The translations under genes and the position numbers were made by a program. Positions 47,197 to 64,000 of a DNA stretch of 64,000 bases are shown here, one piece after another. Position 1 is the first letter of the stretch, and the number at the start of each line of letters is the position of its first letter. Under the pieces are notes generated by a model that saw only the letters and a list, made by a program, of their open reading frames with translations, had not been told where the DNA came from and searched no databases. Origin of the DNA: the human T2T-CHM13v2.0 reference genome, Homo sapiens; assembly GCF_009914755.1 (NCBI RefSeq), contig NC_060929.1. One strand, written 5' to 3'.

Positions 47197-47929
47197 ATTA
47201 ATAAGTCAGGAAAAAACAGGTGCTGGAGAGAATGTGGAGAAATAAGAACACTTTTACACTGTTGGTGGGACTGTAAACTAGTTCAACCATTGTGGAAGTC
47301 AGTGTGGCGATTCCTCAGGGATCTAGAACTAGAAGTAACATTTGACCTAGCCATCCCATTACTGGGTATATACCCAAAAAATTATAAATCACGCTGCTAT
47401 AAAGACACAGGCACACGTATGTTTATTGCAGCACTATTCACAATACCAATGACTTGCAACAAACCTAAATATCCAACAATGATAGACTGGATTAAGAAAA
47501 TGCGGCACATATGCACCATGGAATAGTATGCAGCCATAAAAATGATGATTTCATGTCCTTTGTAGGGACATGGATGAAACTGGGAACCATCATTCTCAGC
47601 AAACTATGGCAAGGACAAAAAACCAAACATGGCATGTTCTCGCTCATAGGTGGGAATAGAAGAATAAGAACACATGGACACAGGAAGGGGAACATCACAC
47701 ACTGGGGACCAGTGTGGGGTGGGCAGAGTGGGGAGGGATACCGTTAGGAGATACACATAATGCTAAATGACAAGTTAATGGTTGCAGCACACCAACATGG
47801 CACATGTATGCGTGTGTAACAAACCTGCACATGGTGAACATGTACCCTAAACCTTAAAGAATAATAATAATAAAAGAAAAGAAAAAAGTAAATAAACCCC
47901 TAATTTGTTTGAAGCAAAAAAAAAAATAA
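47197..47929 (+). mobile_element. LINE-1 (L1PA4-like) insertion 4, 5'-truncated, with double A-tail
   Basis: Starts (tc)attaataagtcaggaaaaaacaggtgctggag and encodes WKSVWRFLRDLELE. The 3'UTR and A-tail are followed by 19 unique nt and a second A-tail. Confidence 0.95.
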
Positions 47930-50059
47930 AAAGGTTCAACTCTGTGAGATGAATGCAGGCTTCACAAAGAAGTTTCTCAGAATGCTTCCATCTAGTTTTT
48001 ATGTGAAGATATTTCCTTTTTCACCATAGGCCTCAAAGCGCTCCAAATATCAATTTGCAGATTCCACAAAAAGACTGGTTCCAAACTGCTTAATCAAAAG
48101 AGAGGTTCAACTCTGTGAGATGAAATCATAAAACACAAAGAAGTTTCTCAGAAAGCTTCTGTCTAGTGTTTGGGTGAAGGTATTTCCTATTTCACCATAG
48201 GCCATGAAGGGCTCAAAAATATCCCTTTGCAGATTCTAGAAAAAGACTGTTTCCAATCTGCTGAATGAAAAGAAAGTTTCAACTCTGTGAGACGAATGCA
48301 CACATCACAAAGAAGTTTCTCAGAATGCCTCTGTCTAGTTTTTATGTGCAGATATTTACTTTTTCACCATAGACCTTAAACCGCTAACAAATATCCCTTT
48401 GCAGATACTACAAAAAGACTGCTTCCAAACTGCTCCATCAAAAGAAAGGTTCGACACTGAGAGATGAATGCACACATCACAAAGAAGTTTCTCAGAATGC
48501 TTCTGTCTCCTTTTTTTGTGAAGATATTTCCTTTTTCACCATCGGCTTCAAAGCACTCCAAATATCCATTTGCAGATTCTGCAAAAATACTGTTTCCAAA
48601 CTGCTTAATCAAAAGACAGGTTCAACTCTGTGAGATGAAAGCATACATCACAAAGAAGTTTCTCAGAAAGCTTCTGTCTAGTTTTTGTGTTAGGATAATT
48701 CATACTTCACCATAGGCCATAAAGGACTCAAAACCATCCCTTTGCAAATTCTAGAAAAAGACTGTTTCCAAACTGCTGAATCAAAAGAAAGGTTCAACTC
48801 TGTGAGATGAATGCACACATCACAAAGAAGTTTCTCAGAAAGCCTCTGTCTGGTTTTTATGTGAAGATGTTTCCTATTTCACCATAGGCCATAAAGGGTT
48901 CACAAATATCCCTCTACAGATTCTACAGGAAGACTGTTTCCAAACTGCTCAATTCAAAGAAAGTTTCAACCCTGTGAGATGAATGGACACGTCACAAAGA
49001 AGTTTCTCAGAATGCTTCTGTCAAGTTTTTATGTGAAGGTATTTCTTTTTCACCTTAGGCCTCAAACTGCTCAGAAATATCCCTTTTGCAGATTGTACAA
49101 AAGACTGTTTCCAAACTGCTCAATAAAAAGAAACGTTCAACTCTGTGAGATGAAAGCAAACATCACAATGAAGTTTCTCAGAAAGCTTCTGACTAGTTTT
49201 TATGTGAAGATATTTCCTATTTCACAACAGGCCATAAAGGGCTCACAAATATCCCTCTGCAGATTATATGAAAAGACTGTTTCCAAATTGCTCAATCAAA
49301 AGAATGGTTCATCTCTGTGAGATGAATGGACACATCACAAAGAAGTTTCTCAGAATGATTCTGTCTAGTTTTTATGTGAATATATTTCTTTTTCAACATA
49401 GGCATCAAAAGGCTCAGAAATATCCCTTTGCAGATAGTACAAAAACTGTTTCCAAACTGCTCAAAATCAAAAGAGAGGTTCATTTCTGCGAGATGAATGC
49501 ACACATTACAAAGGAGCATGTCAGAACTCTTCTGTCTAGCTTTTATGTGAAGATATTTCCTTTTTCAGCAAAGACCTCAAAGCGCTCCAAATATCCATTT
49601 GCAGATTGTACAAAAAGACTGTTTCCAAGCTGCTCAAGCAAAAGAGAGCTTCAACTCTGTGAGAAGAAAGCATGCATCACAAAGAAGTTTCTCAGAATGC
49701 TTTTGTCTACTTTTTATGTAAAGATATTTCCTTTTTCGCCATAGACCTCAAAGCGCTCTACATATCCATTTGCAGATTCTTCAAAAAGACTGTTTGCAAA
49801 CTGCTCAATCAAAAGAAAGTTTCAACTCTGTGAGACGAAAGAACACATCACAAATAAGTTTCTCAGAATGCTTCTGTCTAGTTTTTATGTGAAGATACTT
49901 CCTATTTCAACACAGGCCTCAATGGACTCAAAAAATTTCCCTTTTCAGATTCTACAAAAAGTCTTTTTCCTAACGTCGCAATCAAAAGAAACTTTCCACT
50001 CTGTGAGATGAATGCGCATGTCAAAAAGAAGTTTCTCAGAACTTTTCTGTCTAGCTTTT
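47930..50059 (-). repeat. Monomeric alpha satellite, block 5 (layer 3)
   Basis: Same monomer types as block 4. Confidence 0.99.
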
Positions 50060-50308
50060 CTTTTTTTTTTAGGTTGCTAATGTTTTATTTTTTATTTTTT
50101 TATCTTATTATTACTATAAGTTTTAGGGTACATGTGCACAATGTGCAGGTTACATATGTATACATGTGCCATGCTGGTGTGCTGTACCCATAAACTCATC
50201 ATTTAGCATTAGGTATATCTCCTAATGCTATCCCTCCCCACTCTCCCCACCCCACAACAGTCCCCAGAGTCTGATGTTCCCCTTCCTGCATCCATGTATT
50301 CTCATTGT

Positions 50309-54130
<3,822 letters not shown>

Positions 54131-54193
54131 TATGATGTTAGCTGGTTATTTTGCTCATTAGTTGATGCAGTTTCTTCCTAGTCTCAATGGTCT

Positions 54194-55207
54194 TTACATT
54201 TTCTCATGATTTTCCCACAGCTGGTATGGTTGTTCCTTTCCATGTTTAGTGCTGCCTTCAGGAGCTCTTTTAGGGCAGGCCTGGTGGTGACAAAATCTCT
54301 CAGCATTTGCTTGTCTGTAAAGTATTTTATTTCTCCTTCACTTATGAAGCTTAGTTTGGCTGGATATGAAATTCGCGGTTGAAAATTCTTTTCTTTAAGA
54401 ATGTTGAATAATGGCCCCCACTCTCTTCTGGCTTGTAGAGTTTCTGCCGAGAGATCCGCTGTTAGTCTGATGGGCTTCCCTTTGTGGGTAACCCGACCTT
54501 TCTCTCTGGCTGCCCTTAACATTTTTTCCTTCATTTCAATTTTGGTGAATCTGACAATTATGTGTCTTGGAGTTGCTCTTCTAAGGGAGTATCTTTGTGG
54601 CATTCTCTGTATTTCCTGAATCTGAATGTTGGCCTGGCTTGCTAGATTGGGGAAGTTCTCCTGGATAATATCCTGCAGAGTGTTTTCCAACTTGGATCCA
54701 TTCTGCCCGTCACTTTCAGGTACACCAATCAGACGCAGATTTGGTCTTTTCACATAGTCCCATATTTCTTGGAGGCTTTGTCTGTTTCTTTTTATTCTTT
54801 TTTCTCTTAACTTCCCTTCTTGCTTCATTTCATTCATTTCATCTTCCTTCAGTGATACCCTTTCTTCCACTTGATCGTATCGTCTCCTCAGACTTCTGAT
54901 TCTTCACGTAGTTCTCGAGCCTTGGCTTTCAGCTCCATCAGCTCCTTTAAGCACTTCTCTGTATTGGTTATTCTACTTATACATTGGTCTAAATTTTTTC
55001 AAAGTTTTCAATTTTTTTGCCTTTGGTTTGAATTTCCTCCTGTAGCTCGGAGTAGTTTGATCATCCGAAGCCCTCTTCTCTCAACTCGTCAAAGTCATTC
55101 TCCATCCAGCTTTGTTCCGTTGCTGGTGAGGAACTGCGTTCCTTGGGAGGAGGAGAGGCACTCTGCTTTTTAGAGTTTCCAGTTTTTCTGTTCTGTTTTT
55201 TCTCCAT
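54194..55207 (-). pseudogene. L1 ORF1p pseudogene
   Basis: ATG at 55207. The 228-aa fragment EERVS...LQEIWDYVKRPNLRLIGVPE...ARREW...YPAKLS is interrupted upstream and frameshifted at the C-terminus. Confidence 0.94.
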
Positions 55208-56239
55208 CTTTGTGGTTTTAACTACTTTTAGTCTTTGATGATGGTGAGGTACAGATGGATTTTTGGTGTGGATGTCCTTTCTGTTTGTTAGTTTTCCTTC
55301 TGACAGGACCCTCAGCTGCAGGTCTGTTGGAGTTTGCTAGAGGGCCACTCCAGACCCTCTTTGACTGGGCATCAGCAGCAGTGTCTGCAGAACTATGGAT
55401 TTTCATGAACTGCAAATGCTGCTGTCTGATTGTTCCTCTGGAAGTTTTGTCTCAGAGGAGTACCCGGCCGTGTGAGTTGTCAGTCTGCTCCTACTGGGGG
55501 GTGTCTCCCAGTTAGGCTGCTCGGGGGTCAGGGGTCAGGGACCCACTTAAGGAGGCAGTCTGCCCATTCTTAGATCTCCAGCTGTGTGCTGGGAGAACCA
55601 TTGCTCTCTTCAAAGCTGTCAGACAGGGACATTTATGTCTGCAGAGGTTACCGCTCTCTTTTTGTTTGTCTGTGCCCTGCTCCCAGAGGTGGAGCCTACA
55701 GAGGCAGGCAGGCGTCCTTGAGCTGTGGTGGGCTCCAGCCAGTTCGAACTTCCTGGCTGCTTTGTTTACCTAAGCGAGCCTGGGCAATGGCAGGTGCCCA
55801 TCCCCCAGACTCGCTGCCAACTTGCAGTTTGATCTCAGACTGCTGTGCTAGCAATCAGCAAGACTCCATGGGCGTAGGACGCTCTGAGCCATGTGTGGGA
55901 TATAATCTCCTGGTGTGCCATTTCCTAAGCCTGTCAGAAAAGCACAGTATTTGGGTGGGTGTGACCTGATTTTCCAGGTGCCATCTGTCACCCCTTTCCT
56001 TGACCAGGAAAGGGAACTCCCTGACCCCTTGCACTTCCTGAGTGAGGCAATGCCTTGCCTTGCTTCGGCTCATGCATGGTGCACTGCACCCAGTGTCCTG
56101 AGCCCACTTTCTGGCACTCCCTAGTGAGATGAGCCTGGTACCTCAGATGGGAATGCAGAAATCACCCATCTTCTGTGTCACTCATGCTGGGAGCTGTAGA
56201 CCAGAACTGTTCCTATTTAGCCATCTTGGCTGCCCTCTC
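55208..56239 (-). promoter_or_regulatory. L1 5'UTR sense/antisense promoter relic (YY1 core at 56220-56228; ZNF93-type ~129-bp segment at ~55334-55461 retained)
   Basis: Reverse complement of the L1PA 5'UTR. The ggagt repeats at 55329 and 55457 are 128 bp apart. Confidence 0.85.
55787..55969 (+). pseudogene. L1 ORF0 (antisense 5'UTR ORF), 60-aa truncated version
   Basis: MAGAHPPDSLPTCSLISDCCASNQQDSMGVGRSEPCVGYNLLVCHFLSLSEKHSIWVGVT* resembles primate L1 ORF0 (MAGAPPPASLPPCSLISDCCASNQRDSVGVGPSEP...). Confidence 0.8.
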
Positions 56240-56874
56240 CTGTCTAGTTTTTATGTAAAGATATTTCTATTTTCACCATAGACCTCTAACTGCTCACGAA
56301 TATCCCTCTGCAAATCCTACAAAAAGACTGTTTCCAAACTGCTCAATCAAAAGAAATATTCATATCTGTGTGATGAAAGCACACATCACAAAGAAGTTTC
56401 CATGAAAACTTCTGTCTAGTTCTTATGTGAAGATATTGCCTTTTTCAGAAAAGGCCTCAAAGGGCTCAAAAATGTACTTTTGCATCACATCAGAAAGAAG
56501 TTTCTCAGAAAGCTTCTGTCTAGTTTTTTTGTGAAGATATTTCCTTTTTCACCGTGGCCTCAAACCGCTAACAGATATCCCTCTGCAGGTACTACAAAAA
56601 GACTGTTTCCAAACTGCTCAATCAAAAGAAAATTTCAACTCTATGAGATGAATGCACACATCACAAAGAAGTTTCTCAGAAATTTTCTGTCTAGTTTTTA
56701 TGTGAAGATATTTCCTTTTTCACCGTAGGCCTCTAAGTGCTCCAAATATACATTTGCAGATTCTACAAAAAGACTGTTTCCAAACTGCTCAATCAGAAGA
56801 AAGCTTCAACTCTGTGAGATGAAAGCACACATCCCAAAGAAGTTCCTCAGAAACCTTCTGCCTAGTTTTTATAT
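56240..56874 (-). repeat. Monomeric alpha satellite, terminal block 6
   Basis: About four monomers. Homology ends at 'ccttctgcctagtttttatat'. Confidence 0.97.
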
Positions 56875-57570
56875 AGAGTAGGCAAATGGGAGGGTCTCAT
56901 CACTGACCCACTTATGTTTTCTAAAGGGATGTTTGAAACAAATCCTCAAAAAAAAGACTGAAACTGTAAGAATTTTTTCATGAGTTCCTATTCCAAAAAC
57001 AAATTTAGTATTCTTGGTATTCTTCAATTTAATTTCGACTTCTTATTCTGCTTCATGAGATCATAATTATTGCATCTATCCTTAAAAAATAGCATGAAGT
57101 TCTTAATTGTGAGTTTCATATTGCTTATAGAATAGTTTATAAGTGATGCTCATGTTTTATCTATTTCTTTTTTAATATTTCCTTACTTTTTGTATAAACT
57201 TGAACAGATCACTAGAAGATCACCAGAATCCTGAAAACTGAGAAGTGTCTTCTTAGGAAGCTTTTCAAAGAAACTTGGAGTGAAGAGTATGCTTTCCTAG
57301 ATTTCTGCTGTTTCATCTAGAAACTCATCAATTCAAGAACAGAAATCTCAGTTTTTAATTGATGTTAGAACCTGAGTTAAGCCTTTTAAGAATATTAGGA
57401 GTCTTATGACTAGAGATTCAGGGATGCCTGAATCCTGTCCTGATAATCACTCTTCTTTCTGTGGAATGGCAAAAATATTATAAAAACACAAGCATACGCA
57501 TGCACACACACAAATGGAAATAGTTACTACTGTGAAACAAGTTAGTTATTTAACATTATATGCATGAATG

Positions 57571-57920
57571 TGGCACATATACAACATGGAATATTATACA
57601 GCCATAAAAAAATGATGAGTTCATGTCCTTTGCAGGGACATGGATGCATCCAGAAACCATCATTCTGAGCCAACTATCACAAGGACAGAAAACCAAACAC
57701 CACATGTTCTCAGTCATAGGTGGGAAATGAACAGTGAGAACACTTGGACATAGGGCGGGGAACTTCACACCCTGGGACCTGTCGTGGGGTTGGGGCAGAG
57801 GGCGGGATAGCATTGGCAGAAATACCTAATGTAAATGACGAGTTAATGGGTGCAGCAAGCCAACATGGCACATGTATACCTATGCACATGTACCCTAGAA
57901 CTTAAAGTACAATTAAAAAA
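57571..57920 (+). mobile_element. LINE-1 3' end (L1PA6/L1PA7-like), 5'-truncated
   Basis: tggcacatatac...gaaatacctaatgtaaatgacgag...gtaccctagaacttaaagta plus tail. TSD attatatgcatgaatg (57555-57570) / attatatccatgaatg (57921-57936). Confidence 0.92.
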
Positions 57921-58318
57921 ATTATATCCATGAATGCCCAATACCCCTAAGGCAAAGTGTTTTGGTAAAAGTTAGGTTGCAGAACATATCTAAATCTAAA
58001 TTCTACATGGGACTCTACCTTTTCATGTGGACATGTTGGATTTTATCACTTTCTGGTAAGCCACGTGTTAAAGATGACCAATTATGAGAACTAAGTGAAT
58101 GTGTGTTAAAAGCAGAAAAGCCAGCTGTTTGACGCTCAATGGATCCAGTCTCAATTTCCAATGGACTCAAATAAGCAGGCTAGCTCAACTAACACATCTA
58201 GAAAAATGCAGGAGAGAGAAGGAAGGAAAAAACAAGATAACAAATTCTTTCTGAATGTCTAGGCATGAGTGAGCTTAATATTTTGGCAGTGTGGAAGATG
58301 GAAGCAAGAGAGAGAAAC

Positions 58319-58340
58319 TGTGTGTGTGTGTGTGTGTGTG
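58319..58340. repeat. (TG)11 microsatellite
   Basis: tgtgtgtgtgtgtgtgtgtgtg, read directly. Confidence 0.97.
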
Positions 58341-58351
58341 TTTTTTAAATA

Positions 58352-58790
58352 CAGTTGACCCTTGAACAACATGAGTCATGAGTTTGAACTCTGTGTACAC
58401 TTACACATGGATTTTTTTCTGCTTGTGCCACTCCTGAGGCAGCAAGACCAACCCCTCCTCTTATTCCTTCTCATCCCACTAAATGTGAATACGATGAGCA
58501 TGAAGAACTTTGTGAAGATCCACTTCCACTTAATAAGTATTAAATATATATTCTTTTCTTATGATTTTCTTAATAACATTTTATTTTCTCTACTTTATTG
58601 TAAGAATACAGTATATAATACATGTAATATATAAAATACGTATTAGTCAACTACTTATGTTTTCAGTAAGCCTCTGGTCAACAGTAGGCTATTAGAAGTT
58701 AAATTTGGAGAGAGTCAAAATTTATACTTAGATTTTCAACTGTACAGGGAATTGGCACCCTTAACACCTGCATTGTTCAAGGATCAACTG
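58352..58790. mobile_element. TcMar-Tigger non-autonomous DNA transposon (Tigger2a/MER28-like, 439 bp)
   Basis: TIRs cagttgacccttgaacaa ... ttgttcaaggatcaactg. TA on the left (58350-58351) and decayed CA on the right. Confidence 0.88.
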
Positions 58791-59594
58791 CACAGTGGTT
58801 CTTCCTCTGATAAACACAGCCCACTAAAATTCCCTTAAACTTACTTAGCAGAAGACTTCCACTACCTACTGACTTAGAGATGGGAAAATATGGATATTCT
58901 CAGAGTGAAATAGAAGAGTGGGAATTTTCTGGCTCCCTAGTTACAATGAGAATTGTGAGACTAGGATATAACATTAGGTTTCTTTTTCAAAATATTTTAG
59001 GACAAGTAGTCTTTTCTTCCTATAACTCACTCATTCAACCATCCTATCCTGACTCTTACATACTCAGGACTAAGCTAAGCATGGAGGATAGAAAGATGAC
59101 CTGTTCAGCACTTACCTTTGGATACCTGCAGTGCAGAGACAGCAATGAGTATAAATAATTACACTGGTGTGTGATAGGTGATATAATTTGGCAATTTTCA
59201 AAGTACTGTGAAAATATATAAACTAAATACTTTTCAGTTTCCTCTTCATCCCTTTGTGTTGCCCAAAATTATTACTGAACTTCTTAGTTCATTTTTCTTC
59301 TTGTAAACTTAAACTATTTAAGATTATATGCTATTCAAATTATTGTCAGCTCATGAAAACTATATGCCAAACTTACAAGTAAATTGTGTAACTGATTTTT
59401 TTAAATGCGGACATCTAATATATAGAATCACTAGTTTGTATAAATGAATCACGTTAAGACACATCTATAAATACGTGGTGGAAGAAACTTAGATATAATA
59501 TTTAGCTAGGCCAAACTACTGAAATAAATAGACCAATAGTGTAAACACAGAAGATGATTTCTTGCTCATGAATTAGAGAAGGTAGATATTCCTG

Positions 59595-60020
59595 GTATGT
59601 AGTCTACAAGCCACACATGACTGAAGTCAAGGTGTCCATCATGATAAGTTCTTATCTGAAAGCTTTAGAGAAGAATCTGCTTCCAAGTTCATTGCAGTTT
59701 CTTGTGGTTGCAGTTCTAAGGTCCCCATATCCTTGCCAGCTGTCAACTGGTAGTTGGCCTCTGCTTCTGGTCGCTACCTGAATTTCTTCTCACATGGCTT
59801 CCTTTACCATTGAAGTCAAGGATTCTACATCAAGTTTTTCCCATGTTTCAAATCTCCCTGACTTCTCCTTCTGTCATCAGCCAAGAAAACCTCTCTGTAT
59901 TTAAGAATGCATGTGATTAAATCATGACAATCCAGATAGTCCCCCTTAAAAGTCTGCTATGCCAAAAAACATAAGTATGAAATAATATCTCCCCATAATC
60001 ACAGTTTCCAGGAATTATCA
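59595..60020 (-). mobile_element. ERVL-MaLR LTR fragment (MLT1E-like); boundaries approximate
   Basis: gaagtcaaggtgtc...agaagaatctgcttccaagttcatt...ggtccccatatccttgccagctgtca...ccaagaaaacctctctgtatttaag...catgtgatta resembles MLT1 LTR antisense. Confidence 0.75.
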
Positions 60021-60199
60021 CAAATATCCTTAAAAAGCCTAGCCAAGTTTCTTCCAACCTTCTAGGCTCACCTCCTTAGGTGGGGAAAATAGAGTCAACA
60101 GGGGCCAGGGCTTAAAAGAATAGGAGGAATACAGAAGGAATGCTGCAGATAGGTAGGCAATGGAGAAAGAGGGGAAAATAGCTCTACCACTGGAGAAAC

Positions 60200-60817
60200 A
60201 CTTGGAAAAGACACAGCCTCAAGATACAGGTCCACTAAAAAACTAAAATTTAATCAAAAGATTGTAGAATGTTATTTTTCCACACTTCTCAACAATAATT
60301 TATGGCTCTGATGTAACCATTGTTTTGTGGCTTACTATCATCTACTGTAACAGTAGACAATAGTTGAAATACTTGGAAGACATAGACTTTCTGCAGAAGA
60401 CTACATAGAAAAGAACAATGTGAGAAGGGGATAAAAAACAAGAACACTAAGGCAACTTGAGCCTCTAATGCCTGTTACAGCTACAATAACCATTAAACAT
60501 AGTCTAAATCCTGAACAGATTAACATAAATCTATATACTAAAGGCTTATGTTCCTTTCATTTGATACATCACGCCTAGCTTTCAAAATAAGAGACAAAAC
60601 ACAGACTGAAGAGAAAAAAACAGCATCAGAATTCACATTCAGATATGATACAGGTATGATATTAATTGGAATTAATACTTATATTAAAATATGTTAAGGG
60701 ATGTAATGTAAGAAATAGACAACATGAAAAAATAGATATTGTGAAAAGAAATAGAAACTTTAGAAACCAATCAAAAGAAAATGCTGAAAATAAAAAACTT
60801 TGTAACAAAAATTAACA
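60200..60817 (+). mobile_element. Old L1M (L1MC/L1MD-like) 5'/ORF1 region, left part; left boundary approximate
   Basis: A-rich decayed ORF1-like sequence (cagcatcagaattcacattcagatatg...atatgttaaggg...tagacaacatg...aaatgctgaaaataaaaaactttgtaac) that continues after the nested L1PA2. Confidence 0.7.
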
Positions 60818-61474
<657 letters not shown>

Positions 61475-61847
61475 AAAATGTGACACTTATACACCATGGA
61501 ATACTATGTGGCCATAAAAAATGATGAGTTCATGTCCTTTGTAGGGACATGGATGAAATTGGAAATCATCATTCTCAGTAAACTATCACAAGAACAAAAA
61601 ACCAAACACCGCATATTCTCACTCATAGGTGGGAATTGAACAATGAGATCACATGGACACAGGAAGGGGAATATCACACTCTGGGGACTGTTGTGGGGTG
61701 GGGGAGGGGGAGGGATAACATCGGGAGATATACCTAATGCTAGATGACGAGTTAGGGGGTGCAGTGCACCAGCATGGCACATGTATACATATGTAACTAA
61801 CCTGCACAATGTGCACATGTACCCTAAAACTTAAAGTATAATAAAAA
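61475..61847 (+). mobile_element. LINE-1 (L1PA2-like) insertion, sense 3' segment with poly(A)
   Basis: 3'UTR gggagatatacctaatgctagatgacgagttag...ccagcatgg...gtaactaacctgcacaatgtg has GAG rather than the L1HS-Ta ACA. TSD aaaaattaaca at 60807-60817 and 61848-61858. Confidence 0.93.
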
Positions 61848-62107
61848 AAAAATTAACAATGAGTTTGACGGGCACTTAGCAGTCTCAGCAAACTGAGGAA
61901 AGCATCAATGACCTTGAAGATAAATCAGTAGAAACTCAGTAAACTGAAATATAAAGAGGAAAAATAGAATTAAATAACAGAACAGAATATCCAAGAACTG
62001 TTACACCATTGCAAAAGATGCAATATATGTGTAATTGCAGTAACAGAAGAAGAAGAAAGGGAGATCAAAGAAGAGTAAATATTTGAACTATTAGATGCTT
62101 AGAGTTG

Positions 62108-62238
62108 CAACTTCTCAGGAGGATGACATAGGAGGATTACTCAAGTCCAGGAGTTCAAGGCTGCAGTGAACTATGATGGTGCCACTGCACTCCAGCCTGG
62201 ACAACAAAGCACAGCAGCAATCCCATTTCAAAACAAAC
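62108..62238 (+). mobile_element. Alu monomer fragment (FRAM/FLAM/AluJ-like 3' part)
   Basis: ggaggattactcaagtccaggagttcaaggctgcagtgaactatgatggtgccactgcactccagcctgg. Confidence 0.85.
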
Positions 62239-62306
62239 CTCAAAACCACACACACATAGATCCAGGAAACACAGAAAACACAAAGCAGGATAAATTCCAG
62301 TTACAA

Positions 62307-62326
62307 ACACACACACACACACACAC
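62307..62326. repeat. (AC)10 microsatellite
   Basis: acacacacacacacacacac, read directly. Confidence 0.95.
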
Positions 62327-62738
62327 CTCTAAGCATATTATACTGAAATCAAAGACAAAGTCATGAAAGAAGCCTAAGGAAAAAAAAATCCCTACTTATG
62401 GAAAAATAAGAACAAGCATTACAATGAACTTATCAGAAATCATGCATGCCTGAAGAGAATAAAATATTTAAAGCATTAAAAAAATTCACCAACCTAGGAT
62501 TCTATATCCAACAAAACTATTCTTCAGAAGGAGGAATAATACTACCTCAAATAAGCAAAAAAATAATATAAGTCCTCTTTGACAGGTAGAACCTATGAGA
62601 AATTATAAAGTACTTCAGACAGGAAATTATAAAGTTCATACATTTGAGTTAATATAAAGGATGGTTGGAGAAGGAATAAAGGTAAATTAAATTTTGTATT
62701 GATCTTATTTTTAATTTATCTAAAAGATTTTTGTTTAA

Positions 62739-64000
<1,262 letters not shown>

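Noticed and set aside
58362-59158. 90-aa and 92-aa ORFs in the non-satellite flank
   Set aside because: The first lies within the Tigger-like element. The second has no recognisable domain or splice context, and its length is compatible with chance.

Overview
Primate (human-like) pericentromeric DNA, not a prokaryotic or gene-rich region. Bases 1 to ~56,874 are a divergent monomeric alpha-satellite array of ~171-172-bp monomers, all in one orientation (reverse complement of the usual ALR/Alpha consensus). The monomers carry A-type/pJalpha boxes, and I saw no intact CENP-B box by eye. Five L1PA3/L1PA4-like LINE-1 insertions interrupt the array: a 5'-inverted copy at 12.3-14.7 kb, a 5'-intact copy at 20.5-23.6 kb whose 3' half was later deleted, two 5'-truncated copies at 42.1 and 47.2 kb, and a full-length but decayed copy at 50.1-56.2 kb. 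At ~56,875 the satellite ends abruptly and gives way to arm-type DNA with an L1PA6/7 3' end, a Tigger2a-like element, an MLT1 LTR, an old L1M, a nested 5'-inverted L1PA2-like copy, an Alu monomer fragment and an L1PA ORF2 fragment. No intact protein-coding gene is present; nearly all ORF-track entries are translations of satellite or L1 DNA. I found no evidence for a new biological system. The most interesting signals are mechanistic: a templated direct+inverted filler at a deletion junction that joins two satellite layers, two L1s with micro 3' transductions, recurrent L1 use of one monomer position with ~75-80-bp target deletions, and relic 5-, 7- and 9-monomer duplications within 'monomeric' satellite. 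L1 and transposon subfamily calls rest on remembered diagnostic motifs and need RepeatMasker/Dfam confirmation.
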